Source: Camelus ferus
Lineage: Eukaryota
NCBI RefSeq assembly: GCF_009834535.1
Contig: NC_045696.1
Location: 75,642,001-75,706,000, forward strand
Direction of reading: 5' to 3'
DNA: 64,000 nt
Shown here: positions 39,101 through 51,269 of the stretch, one piece after another
Layout of the letters: each line of letters starts with the position of its first letter
Numbering within the stretch: position 1 is the stretch's first letter
The notes under the pieces: model-generated
Databases searched by the model: none
What the model saw: only the letters and a program-made list of their open reading frames with translations
Told to the model about the DNA's origin: nothing
Made by a program: the position numbers and the translations under genes

Positions 39101-41063
39101 CCCACAGGATGCCATGCCTGAATAAGCTCTTATGCTTAAAATTTAAGTTGCAACTTCAAGTGCATGTGCAGAGCAGTGGTTTTTAAACTTTTTTTTTCTC
39201 ATTGGAAAATCAGTTTATTCAAATGCATGTAGGAAACTCCAGTAATCAAATATTTGAGCTTTTCTTCATGGAGAGAAAGGAATGAGACTAAGAGCTTTTT
39301 TTTTTTTTTTTCTTACCTCTTCACTTGTAAAAACTTATAAACTACTGTCTAAAGAATTTTGACTATATTGCAAAAAAATTTGCAAAATACATATATACAT
39401 ATAAAATATATAAAACATGTTTAATGTGTTGACGTGACTGAAACATTCTGAAATTCCTGGATGACAGGCATCACATTGAAATATGTGTGGAGAATTGTTG
39501 TTAGGAAATCATATCAAGATAAGCAATTTTTCATATTTAGAATGAAATGTTAGGAGAATAGATGTATCTAGATATTGAGTTTACAACAATATTAATGAAG
39601 TCTCATTTCTCAAGGCTATATATTAGAGAAAGAAAAGCAGGCAGAAAAAGTTGTTTAGTTGCCAAAATTGTGTAACTCAAATATTTAGCAAAAGTTAAGC
39701 TTTCATAAAATCTACCACATTGATATATTTTCTCATTGCTGTTTTGGGTGAACACTGTATAAATAACTCTGTGGTTTGTTTAGTTATAAAAACTGATGCG
39801 AGGTGAGTACTGTCACATAGCTTTGCAACAAGGTGAGGAGATAGGTGCTCCTTCTGTCTGATAATGAGGAAAGTGTAGCTTCAGTTTGAGGATTCTCACA
39901 TAATGAAAAGTGACACATTTGCCCATTAAGTCTGAGATCTCTAATTGATTAGGTTCCATTGGTAAATTTAAAATAAAAAGCAGGATTCAGATCTTAGCTC
40001 TAAAGTTTTCTAGTTCAAATGATCTTGTCTTGCTAGGACTTGTGTAATAGCCTCCTGACTATTCTCCCTTCTATGAAATGAATCCTTCCCTGACTGCATC
40101 AGCCTGCTTCCAAAAAAAAAAAAAAATCACTGTACTGAATTAAGTGTTTATTATTACAGTTGTATGGATTTATTGATAATTATACTATAGATATATGGAT
40201 ACAGATACAATATACAGTTGACCCTGGAACAATGCAGAGATTAGGGGCGCTGACTCCTGCACAGTTGAAAGTCCACATATAACTTTTGACTCCCCCAAAA
40301 CTTAACTATTAATAAACTACTGCTGACTGGAAGTCCTACTAATAATGTAAACAATCAATTAACAAGTATTTTGTATGTTATTTGTATTATATACTGTATT
40401 CTTACAATAAGCTAAGCTAGAGAAAAGAAAATGTTATTAAGAAAATCATAGAGAAAATACATCTACAGTACTGTACTGTATTTATCAATACCTTAAGTTT
40501 GCATCATCTGTTTACAAGATGAATTGCCTGTCAATACCTACATCAATATTGTCTTATATAATAAAAACACTGTAATGTGATGCATATTACTAACACTAGA
40601 CATCAAAAGTGAAAAAGAAATTCATATTTATTTATGGGTATAATGATTCGTGCACTGATAATGAAGAAACAGCAATGACTGCATTATGATAGCCTAGTGT
40701 AATCGATACAACAGCTTCATGGTAGCCTGGCCTAGACACTAATGAGTGAATTGTTACAAAATGTTTATAATATACAGTAGTACAGTCATATTTGTAATAC
40801 AGTATTGGAAACATTGTTACTTTTTTTTTTTAAAAACCACTTCCTTGTGATGATAGGCTGATATGTGGTCTCTCCAATTATAAGGGAGAGAGGGATACTG
40901 TATAGTAACATTAATTCTTTGAAAGCAAAATTATAAACAGTAAGAAAAATAACACATGATTGATTTTATATTAAATACCACTTCCATACAAGTCTTGCAC
41001 ATAATGTTCTACATGATGAATACTTAGGTGATAATGATGATAACACAAAAGTGTCTCATATTT

Positions 41064-41229
41064 AGGGGGAGGTTATAGCTCAAGTGGTAGAGTGCATGCT
41101 TAGCATGCACAAGGTCCTGGGTTCAGTCCCTAGTACCTCCCCCAAAAGTAAATAAATAAGTAAATAATTACCTCCCTCCTGCTGCCAAAATAAAGAAATA
41201 AAATAAAAATAAATAAATAAAAAAATTTG
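41064..41229 (+). mobile_element. Vic-1-like tRNA-Ala SINE nested in Tigger
   Basis: GGGGGAGGTTATAGCTCAAGTGGTAGAGTGCATGCTTAGCATGCACAAGGTCCTGGGTTCAGTCCCTAGTACCTCC plus an A-rich tail. TSD core TGTCTCATATT at 41052-41062 and 41233-41243. Confidence 0.93.
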
Positions 41230-41399
41230 AAATGTCTCATATTGTTCTTGCCATACCATTATTAGGTTTTCACATGAAGATACGCATATGCATGATGTTT
41301 ATTTATTAGTCAGTAAGTGGAAGTGGATCATTATAAAGGTCATCATCTTTATTTTGAGTAGGTTGAGGAGGAGCGGGGAGAGGAAAGGTTGTTCTTGCT

Positions 41400-43137
41400 G
41401 TCTCAGGGTGGCAGAGGTGGGCAAGGTGGAGGAAGTGGAAAGGATGGCAGCAGAGGCAAGCACACTTGCTGTAACTTTATGGAAATACATTGTAATTTCT
41501 GTCTGACTTTTTTGCTTTTTCATTTCTCTAAAAATGTTTCTAAATTTGCTTTGGTTTCTGTGCCCATATCATAGAAGGGTCCATCTCATTAAAAAAGTCA
41601 AGAGCAGTCTTGAGTAACTGGAACCCTTCTGCCAGATTGTCTAATGTCAGTTTGTTTTCTGGCACTGCTTCTTCTACATTGTTTTCCTCAGCATCTTGCA
41701 CTGGCCCAGAAGCGCTCATCTCCATCAGGTTGTCTTCTATGAATTCTTCTAGTGTAGTTTCTATTTGACTTTGAATTTCTCCCAAGATGCACATCTTGAA
41801 ATCCTTTGGTTCCCCCACCCCAATTTTTTTTTCTTTTTTTTGCCATATCCATTGTCTCTTTCATGATTTCCTTGACTGGCTCTGCCATAAATCCTGTGAA
41901 GTCATGCACAACACCTGGACACAGTTTTCTTCAGCAAGAATTTATTATTTCAGGCTCAATGGCTTTCAAAACATCATTTCTGTAGCAATGGTGGCATCTT
42001 CAATGGTGTAATCCTTCCAAACTTTCATGATGTTGTCTCTGTCGGGGTTCTCTTTGGTAACAATGACAATCTTTTCTATGAATATCATGTGTAATGAGCC
42101 TTACAGACCTTAAGACCCCCTGATCTAGAGGCTTAAATTAGAGTTTGAGGAGAGAGTAGACCACTTTGACGGCTTCCAGTGTTGAACTCATGGGGTTCTG
42201 AGTGGCCAGGGGCATTGTCCAATATCAGAAGAACTTTAAAAGGCAATACCTTACTAGCAACATACTGTCCTGACTTCAGGGACAAAGCATCAATGAAACT
42301 AATCCTGCAAAAGGGTTCTTATTATCCAGGTCTTCTTTTGCACAACTAAAAGACTGGCAGCTGGTGTTTGTTTTTTTTTCCTTCAAACTCCAGGGTTAGC
42401 ATCTTTATAGACAAGGGCAGTCCTGATCATAAACCCTACTGCACGTGCACCGAAGAGTCGAATTAGCCTGTCCCTTCCTTCCTTAAATCCTGATGCTCAC
42501 TTTTCTTCCTTACTAACAACTGTCCTCCTGGAAATATTTTTCCAGAATAGGATACTTTCGTTTGCATGAAAAATTTATTCACGCAGATATCCTTTCTCCT
42601 CAGTGATTTTCTTCATGGCATCTGGGAACTCTTTTGCTGCCTCTTGGTCAACAGAAACTGCTTTTCCTATTATCTTGACTTTTTTTTAAGTCAAACCTCT
42701 TTCTAAAATTATCAAACCATTCTATGTTGGCATTAAATTCCCTAGCTTTACATCCTTCTCTTTCCTTTTGCTGTAAGTAGTCATATAATGACTTCACTTT
42801 TTCTCATATTGTATTAGAGTCCATACGTTTGTCTTTCTTATAGCAATCCTGCATCCACATAAAAGCTGCATTTTCAATGCAAGTAAAAAGGTATTTAACA
42901 AGAGGTACAAAATTTTCACATCTGCTGGCATAGCTACAGTGACAGCTTCGAGAATTTCTTTTTCCTGTTTTTATATTTGTCCTTATGCTGGCTTTATCTT
43001 GAAGTGGTGGGCAAATGCAGCTGCAGACTTCCATCTATGGTCCATATCAAACAACTTAAGTTTTTCTTGAATGTCATGACTTTTCTCTGCTTCTTGGGAG
43101 TGCCAGCATCACCAGTGGCACTTCATATGGGTCCCAT
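41400..43137 (-). pseudogene. Decayed pogo/Tigger transposase (CENP-B-like HTH plus DDE_1)
   Basis: ATG at 43137 followed by PKKQRKVMT. Fragments CIENAAFMWMQDCYKK, HDFTGFMAEPVKEIMKE and EEAVPENKLTLDNLAEGFQLLKTALDFF lie in different frames, with many stops and frameshifts. The 3' end is approximate. Confidence 0.85.
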
Positions 43138-43430
43138 GGTGCTATTCAAGATTTATGGCATTACACTTAACATGATGAAAAATACATAAGAACCGTGAGA
43201 GATCACTTTTTACTGCCATGTACAATTTACTGGAGAGAAAACTGCTCACAGAAAACTGTGATTATTAACATCACACCACATTTTAAGCAGTTACTCCCAA
43301 CACTTGAACTCACCGCAACAGCAACAGGAAGTGGCTGTGAAATTATTACAGAAGTACAGTATGTACTCCAGTTAATTTTATGCAGTTATGATTTAATACT
43401 GTGTCCTTTCCACTTGTTTACACTTCTCTT

Positions 43431-43857
43431 TTTTCTTTTTTTTAGTATGTGTATATTTTTATTAAAGTATAGTCAGTTTACAATGTTGTGTCAATTTCTG
43501 GTGTACAGCTTAATGCTTCAGTCATACATGAACACACATACATTTGTTTTCATATTCTTTTATACCGTAAGTTACTAGAAGATATTGAATATAGTTCCCT
43601 GTGCTATACAGTATAAACTTGTTGTGTATCTATTTTACATATGGCAGTTAGTATCTGCAAATCTGGAACTCCCAGTTTATCCCTTCCCACCCTCTTCCCC
43701 TCCAGTAACCATAAGTTTGTTTTCTATGTTTGTGAGTCTGTTTCTGTTTTGTATATAAATTCGTTTGTCTTTTTTTTTTCAGATTCCACATATAAGTGAT
43801 ATCATATTGTATTTTTCTTAAGCATGCACTCTACCACTGAGCTATACCCTCGCCCGC
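43431..43857 (-). mobile_element. Chimeric retro-insertion: 39-nt SINE 5' half fused to an L1 3' UTR of about 390 nt
   Basis: Minus strand GCGGGCGAGGGTATAGCTCAGTGGTAGAGTGCATGCTTA joined to AGAAAAATACAATATGATATCACTTATATGTGGAATCT...GACTATACTTTAATAAAAA. One perfect TSD TACACTTCTCTT at 43419-43430 and 43858-43869. Confidence 0.88.
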
Positions 43858-44184
43858 TACACTTCTCTTGACTGCAAATGGTGCCATATAGAGTCTGTAT
43901 TTGTGTGCATAAGTTTTGAGAAAGTTTCCCTTTTTATAACAAATTTGTATATATTTTATGGTAGCAAATGATAAAACAGACTAGTATCTATGTATATTTT
44001 ATGCATTCATGACACATCTAACTTCTTAATTTTTTCAGTATTTCTAGGGTAGGCCAGTGCATCTGTTTATTTTTTTAATTGTTGCAAATTTCCAAAAAGT
44101 TTTCCTATGTATTTATTGGAAAAAAATCCCCATATAGCTGGACCTGCACAGTTCAAACCCATGTTGTTCAAGGGTCAAGGTTTT

Positions 44185-45100
44185 ACTACATGTTTTCAAG
44201 TTTTATATAAATGCAGCTTGTGTTTTGTTTGGTGTTATGTTTTGTGAGATACACCTATGTTGATCTCTAAAACACCTGTTTCAATTTTCATTTTCACTGC
44301 CATATAATAGTCTTTTTTATGAAGATAACATAATAGATTTATTCCCTTCAATGATGTTTTTCTATTACTAACAACACTGTAGTAATTATTCTTATGCATA
44401 TGATATTGTGCATTTGTGCAAGAGTTTTTCTAGCTATATGTCTGTAAGTAAAACTCCTGAAGAGTAGCATATTTGCATCTTAAATTTACCTGATATTGCA
44501 AAATTGCTGTCTAAAGTGTCCTTTACGAATTTACTTCTCATAATAATACATGAGTTCCATTAATTTTCATTCTTACTAAAATGTGATCTTGTCAGGTATT
44601 TTAATTTTTGCTAATCTTATGGAAATAAAATGCTACTTTACTGTGGACTAATTATAATCTCTTTGATTATTAATGGATGATATATATTTGCCTCTTAATT
44701 GACCATTTTTGTTTTCTCTTCTATGAGTATCTGTTCATATCTTTTCCTTTGAACTAGTTCTTTTTTACTTGCTGATTTTTAGGAGTAGTTTTAATTTTCT
44801 TCTCTTAGTTTGTGAATTATCTTTTATGTGTTTTCTAATATTTCTTGATGCAAAACAGTCTAATTTAAATGCTTATTTATCTGTTATTTCTTAACTATTT
44901 CATTTTTAGTGCTGTCTGGGTCTTGTTTTAAAATAAGACATATGTCTTCACTTGAAAGGTAAAGTTTCCATCCCTCCTCATATGCTTTTAATCCAGCTGG
45001 TATTGGGGTGTGTGTGTGTGTGTGTGTGTGTATAATCTGAGAGAATCCAAATATATATATTTTTTCCATTACTGCATTCCATGAGTATTTGTTGAATAAA
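44185..45100 (-). mobile_element. Old L1 (L1ME-like) 3' region
   Basis: GATATTGCAAAATTGCTGTCTAAAGTG...AATTTACTTCTCA, TTTAATTTTTGCTAATCTTATGG and GAGTATCTGTTCATATCTTTTCC. Confidence 0.8.
45009..45030. repeat. (TG)n microsatellite
   Basis: About 11 TG units. Confidence 0.95.
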
Positions 45101-45399
45101 TTAACTCTATCATTTCATCAAATTATTTGTAAATCATTTAATCATTTGTGTCATCCTTGCCCAGAAGTTAAAAAAATTACCATTGTATCCTATTTTTTTT
45201 AGTATATCTACTGATGAAACAAGCACAATTTAAAAATAAATAAAATATATTAAATGTGGATGAAAATTTCTAAAATCCTGTTGGTAAATGGATAAATATG
45301 TCAGTAAGGGAAACTCTACTTTTGCTCAAAATATTTTCTCTAGCTGGAGTTAATATAACCTAATATGAAATGCAGAAACTTTGCAATTTAGGCCATTTT

Positions 45400-46950
45400 C
45401 TCCCTGCCTTTCTGATGTCCATTATAAATTTGCTGTAAATAGTCATGGGTATTTTAAAGAAATAGCCTGTCATTTACTAAGATTCTTACCATTTCTGGTG
45501 CTCTTCGTTTATTTCTGAAGATCTGAGTTTTGCCCCAGTTCCATATCCTTTCAGCCTGAAGAATTTTAGAAATTTTTTCTAGTGTTGGTATACTGGGATT
45601 AATTCTCCTAGGTTTCCTTTATGTAAAATGTGTTTCTTTCTCTTTCATTCTTGGGAGATATTTTTGCTGGATGTAGAATTCTGGATTTTTTGTTGTTGTT
45701 TTCTTTGTTTTGCTTTGGTAAGTTAGAGATACTGTTCACTGTCTTCATCCTCCAGAGTTTCTGATGAAAATTCCATGCTATATATGTATGTTTTCTGGCT
45801 CTCAAGATTTATTTTCTTATCTTCTGCCTCCCAACAGTTTGACTATGATGCACCTGGCAGGGTGAGGAGTGGTGAGGTACTTTTTGGACTCATTCAGATT
45901 GGGATTTGCTGAGCTTCTTGAATCTGTCTTTCTCCAAATTTGTGAACTTTTCAGTCATTATTTTTTAGATTTTTTTTCTGTCCACTTCAGTCTCCTTCTC
46001 TTTTGGGACTACAGCTTCACATATGTTAGATATTTTGATCTATCTCAGGTCTTTATGTGTCTTTATTTTTATTTTTAATCTATTTTCTCCTTTATTAAGT
46101 CCAATTAGTGACATTTGAACTTCTAATATTGTATTTTTTGCTTCTAAAATTTCTATTTGGTTATTTTTTATGTATTCTATTTCTCTGCTCACATTTTCTG
46201 TCTTTTCATTTATTAAAGGTGTATTTTATTTTACCTCTTTGATTTTATGTTTATATCACCTGCTTTAAAGTCGTCTGCTAATGCCAACTTCAGATCATCT
46301 CAGAGTTGGGCTCTGCTGATTGTCCTTCCCCATGAAGATGGCTCATATTCTCTTGGTTACCTGCATGTAACATAATTTGGGCTGCATCCTAAACATTGTG
46401 AATGTTATCCCGTGTAGGCTCTAGATTCTGCTATATTCCTCAAAATGTATTGCTTTTTTTGTTTTTGCAGGCAATTAACTTGTTCAGATTCAAGCTGCAA
46501 ACTCTGGCTCACCTGTGGTGGGTGACAGCTCAAATCTAAGTTTAATTCTTTTCCATTTGACTGGTCTGCTGGTAGCTTTCTTCATGCATCCATCATTCAG
46601 GATTATCCAGAGACCTGGGCAGAGTTTATTCACACAGTTTGAAGATTCCCCTGTCTGGATCTGTCTTTTCCATGATTCCCTCCCATTCTCCATCATCTTT
46701 GGTTGCTGGCTTCATTCCCTGATTCCTCAGGACATAAACACAGTGGGCTTCCTATCAGAATATAGGGACAGAAGGCAGTACTATTTGCATTTTTCTAGTG
46801 ACAACTTCTTTTCAGAATCTGCCTGCCTTATTTCCTCTCCAGAGCCCTCAAGATATTGTTTTTTAGTATTTTGTTCAGAGTTTATAGTTGTCATTAGCAG
46901 AAGAGCTGTTTGAAGCTATTTTGGAGCTTATTCAGCCATTGCAGAAGGGC
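45400..46950 (-). mobile_element. Old L1 ORF1/5' region
   Basis: The minus peptide SRILHPAKISPKNERERNTF resembles the ORF1p C-terminal PRILYPAKLSF motif. Confidence 0.8.
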
Positions 46951-47069
46951 ATCAACATTTTTTCTCTTGAATAATGAAGCACTGGTAAGATATAAAGTTG
47001 GTTCAAAATGAACAAATAAAAATGATTAATTCTTATGACTTATTCTCTCTAGGTAAGAATATAGTCATT

Positions 47070-47850
47070 TTAGGAAGCTATTTATTTAATCTGTTACATT
47101 TTCCAACATGTGTCTAGAACTTCTTTTGAAATTGCCTTAAGAGCCTGTGATATATTTTTCAATTTACTAAGAATTGGCACTTATCTAAATAGTGAGTGTC
47201 ATCCACCTCAGAGGAAATTGGATATTTTTTATATAGGCAAAAAAATTGGGGGGATTAAGTCAAAAAAATAAGATGGCTGCTATGGACTATGAATTGTGTT
47301 CCCCCCAAAATTCATTTTACAGTCCTGACCTCCCAATGTAACTATATTTGCAGGTTGGAACTCTATGGAGGTAGTTAAGGTTAAATGATGTCGTAAGAGT
47401 GGAGTCCTAACCTAATAGGACTTGTGTTCATATAAGAAGAAGCGATGCCAGAGTTCATGCTCTCTCTGTGCACACACAGAGGAAAGGCCACATGAGGACA
47501 TGGTATGAACGTGGTCATCAGCAAACCAGGAAGACAATCTTCACTAGAAACCAGCCCTGCTGGAACCTTGATCTTAGACTTCCCGCCTCTAGAACTGTGA
47601 TAAAATCTCTCTGTTGTTTAAGTCACCTAGCCTGACCTATTTTGTTGTGGCAGCCTGAGCACACTAATACAATAACACAACTTGTTCATATCATGTTTTG
47701 AGGGTAAAAATGCTGTAAGTATATAAAACAATGGGAAAAAATTGAAGAAAGAGTGGAATACATTAAAAAACCATTTTGTGCAATGGCAACGTGCTTATAA
47801 TTGGCAGTGTCCTAATGCAGTGCCATTTAAGAGGAAAGTTCCATGATGAC
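47070..47850. mobile_element. Possible ancient mariner-like (MARNA-type) fragment split by the MLT1 LTR
   Basis: AACTTCTTTTGAAATTGCCTTAAGAGCCTGTG on the left and AAACCATTTTGTGCAATGGCAAC on the right. Recall-based and weak. Confidence 0.35.
47278..47671 (+). mobile_element. MLT1A/MLT1B-like MaLR solo LTR
   Basis: TGCTATGGACTATGAATTGTGTTCCCCCCAAAATTCA...ACCTTGATCTTAGACTTCCCGCCTCTAGAACTGTGA...GCAGCCTGAGCACACTAATACA. Confidence 0.9.
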
Positions 47851-50484
47851 CATCTGGAGCTTTGGAGAGGAAATGGCTTCATGATTTTAAACCAACAACT
47901 TCTATGTTGTTTACCTTTTGGTAACACTTTATTAGACTACTCCAAAATTACACATTTTTTCAAATTTATCTTAAACTATAGAAAGGTCAAAAAAGCTTTT
48001 TGCAAGCTTTCAATATGCATGAGTTTCTATTTTCAACAAGCATTTATTACCATGTTTAGGAACCCTTTGACCTTAAGGTGAAAAGATACCATTTATTTGG
48101 CTTAAATCTACAGGACTGTCATGAATCCACAAGAGAAGTTACTTACAGAGCTTAGGAGAGATAAGAAAATAATCACTCATTACTTTACCATCTAGCAGCT
48201 GTGACCCCAGCGGTGAGTGTTTATGTGCGTGCATGTGTGTTTAAATTTGCTAAAGCAATGGAACAGTAAATCACCAACAATAACAGGTGGATCAATACTC
48301 TCACCTCTTTTCTGACATCTGGAGCATGGCCTGAATCTGTCAGACAGAATTAAAGGGCTCAGGATGTCAGGGAGAATGCCAACAAATAGACCTGCCATGC
48401 TGTCCATTAACAAAAGCCCCCAATCACCACCGTTGCCATTGTTACCACTTTAAAAGGGGGACATTTGGGACCTGCCACTTTTCAGTGAAAGGTGGTCTGG
48501 ATATTCACAGCAGAGATGACTTATATTTCTAACAAATAAAATGTACACCAATTTTGTGATAACATTGAATAAATTCCGTGGAAAGGAGGAATCATTGTAT
48601 TTTACCATGACGAAGGAAATGCCATTTGATCAAAAAACAGATAGAGGAGGCTGCTGTGAGACTCAGGACCACAGCTCATGACTTGCTTGAAAGTTTCCAT
48701 CATGTGCACAGTCTTTCCTTTGGCAAAGGCTAATGCCTAAGGCTCTCTGGGTTCTTTTGTCTTTGTACAACAACAGCAGTGCATCATGCATCTGGCCAAT
48801 TGTGCAGAGGGGTACCACAGGGAGGGTTTCCATCCCAGCACCAGCTGGTGATGATTTTATGGCTACCAGCATGAGGATTGATAGCTTCCATAAATTCACA
48901 TCCAGCTAGTGTACCCACAGATGCCATTCTTATTCTTATCTTGAAACTTTACTAAATTTTAGCCTGAGAAATATCCTGCAGCAGTGAATTCTGAAAGCTG
49001 ATTATACATCGCATAAAAAGTCTTTTTATCCATTTTCAATCTGCTGCCTTTTGAATTCCATCCAGTTTCTGCTTTTTCTCAAATTAAGGTGAATGGGAGT
49101 ATGGTATATAATTAGGCTGTGTTATACTATTCATTACTACATTCACCTTAATCTTATTATCTCTGCAGACATGCTAGGTCAATTCCAGCAGCATCTGAAC
49201 AGAAGATGTGGTTAATTTTAAATGAACTGAATATAACTAATGATACGTTTGATTGAGATAAACTGCCAAATTGAAAGAAATTGTCATAGGGACTTTATTG
49301 TGTTATTAACATGGGCAGGAGGGAAGCAGGTATTTTACAGGCACAGGGCTGGGGCTGGGGTGTCTCCGTATTTGTGAAAGGCTGTGAAGACATGGGAAAA
49401 CTTCTATAGATCCTCTCTTCACTTTGCATTTGTTGTAGGTGAGTAATAGACTGTAAATTTTCAGTTGTGTGATTGTGAGCCTTCCAAAGGATGAACCCGT
49501 AGCAAATGTTTGTGACAGATGAAGAGTATGTAGTCAGCAACTTCTGAGACTTGGCGTTTCCAAAATAGAATGTTAACAAGGAAATAAATGGAAGTATTAT
49601 AGAGAACTGCAGTCTGAAAAATATAATAAATGTGTACACACTCCCATAATGTAAATAGAATATAGATTGTTCTTCTGCTGGAAAATGAAAGGGATGTTTT
49701 GTAGATAGCAAGCATTGTAGTTACTACAGATATTCAACACATATAATCTAGTGTTTAACATAATTCTTCTTCTTTCATCTATAATAACATTTTAGATCAC
49801 ATGCTTGTGAATAAGCTACAGTGCAGGTCTACAGAGTCCCAGGGCCCTGACTTCTGCACTGGTTTGTTCCTTTACCCAACAATTTTCAGGGACCCTTAAG
49901 CTCATTCTCTGTCTGTCTCCCTCCCTCTCACTCTTTCTTTCTCTCCCCTCCCTTCTTTCTTCTCCGATGTTGGCTACACAGGAGATTACTGGAATCCACG
50001 CCCCCTCTTTGTCCTTTGCTTGTTGGGTTTGCCAGTTTACCTGCTTTCCTAGAGAGACTCTGAAGTGGCCAAATCCTCAGGCTGGTTTCTGTTCTAACCC
50101 AGAGCATGTATGACGTTTTCTGCTGAAGGAACTCACCCTGAAAATCTCTTTGCCCCCCAGTAATGTGATTTTTATTCTTTTCTTGTTTCTGACTTTCTAC
50201 TTGAATATTTGACCACCTACCCTGTTTTATCCATCTGATTTTCCTTTGCTTATATAGCTCTGGTCGATGACTGACAGTTTTCTGGTTTCCCTAAATCATG
50301 AGTGTCCTGACTCTGACATTACTAGCCATAGGGGCCTGGATTTTTTGATTCCCTGTAGTTTCTGATCCACTGTTGCACCTAGATTTCAACTTCCCACCCA
50401 CACCTCATTGCTTTAGCTGCAGCTCACAGCTGGAGATAGTCTAGTTTTTTTGAGGAACCATGTTTATTTTTCTACCTTTCTTCC

Positions 50485-50970
50485 TTTTTTTAAATTATAA
50501 AATAAGACATAATCCTTTTGAAATATTTGCAAATTACCCATAAAGTAAAAGAAGTCAGAACTAAACAAAGCAAAACAATAATTCCACAACCCAGAGACAA
50601 GCAGTATGGACATTTGGCATTTTCTTTCCAGTTTTTTTTTTTTTTAACGTAATTCAGACAATGGTAATGGTAACTTTTTAAATTCAACTTTATACCATAA
50701 ACATTTTCAATTATCATTAAAAAGTTTTGACACAAATGATTTTTAGAGTTTAATTTTTTCACGTCATAAATCTCCCATAGTCATTTAATTATGCCTGTAC
50801 TTCTGCCATTAATATTATTTCTAAAAATTTTGTGTAAGTAAAACTCTGATAAATACCTGTGTGTAAATATTAATCTGCATTTCATATACTTTTCTTGGGC
50901 TAAATTAATCAAACTGAAATTATTGTGTTAAAGCACATAAATATTTTATAGTTTTTTGAAATAATAGCTA
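50485..50970 (-). mobile_element. Very old L1 3' UTR fragment (L1ME/L1MC-like)
   Basis: ATAATCCTTTTGAAATATTTGCAAAT...CCACAACCCAGAGACAA...GAAATTATTGTGTTAAAGCACATAAATATTTT. Confidence 0.65.
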
Positions 50971-51269
50971 TATCATACAAACGGAGCAGAACTAGGATTA
51001 GAGAACGACTCCTCTTAGACAGATGAACGTGCCTGTGCAGTTAGGGAAGGGGAGCGGGCAGAGCACACGGCTTCTTTACGTGATACCACCGTATGGGAGA
51101 AACAGTTTGTGCGAGTTCAAATTACGGTCTGACCGTATCATAACACGTGCCTATTACCCTATGATGATGTGTGCCACATTAATGTGTATCATTCTCTATT
51201 TGTGTTTTACGGCTCATGGTGGAATTTTCTCTTATATCTCATCTTTGTAATGTTTGACTGCATCATATA

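Larger units (their letters stand above)
40215..44178 (-). mobile_element. Near full-length Tigger2/Tigger2f-like DNA transposon with two nested retro-insertions
   Basis: Left terminus TA-CAGTTGACCCTGGAACAA and right terminus TTGTTCAAGGGTCAA (last 3 nt lost) are inverted repeats. About 3.36 kb remains after subtracting the nested inserts. Confidence 0.92.

Noticed and set aside
41540..43034. Domesticated TIGD/CENP-B-like gene
   Set aside because: The fragments lie in different frames with many stops and are enclosed by transposon inverted repeats.
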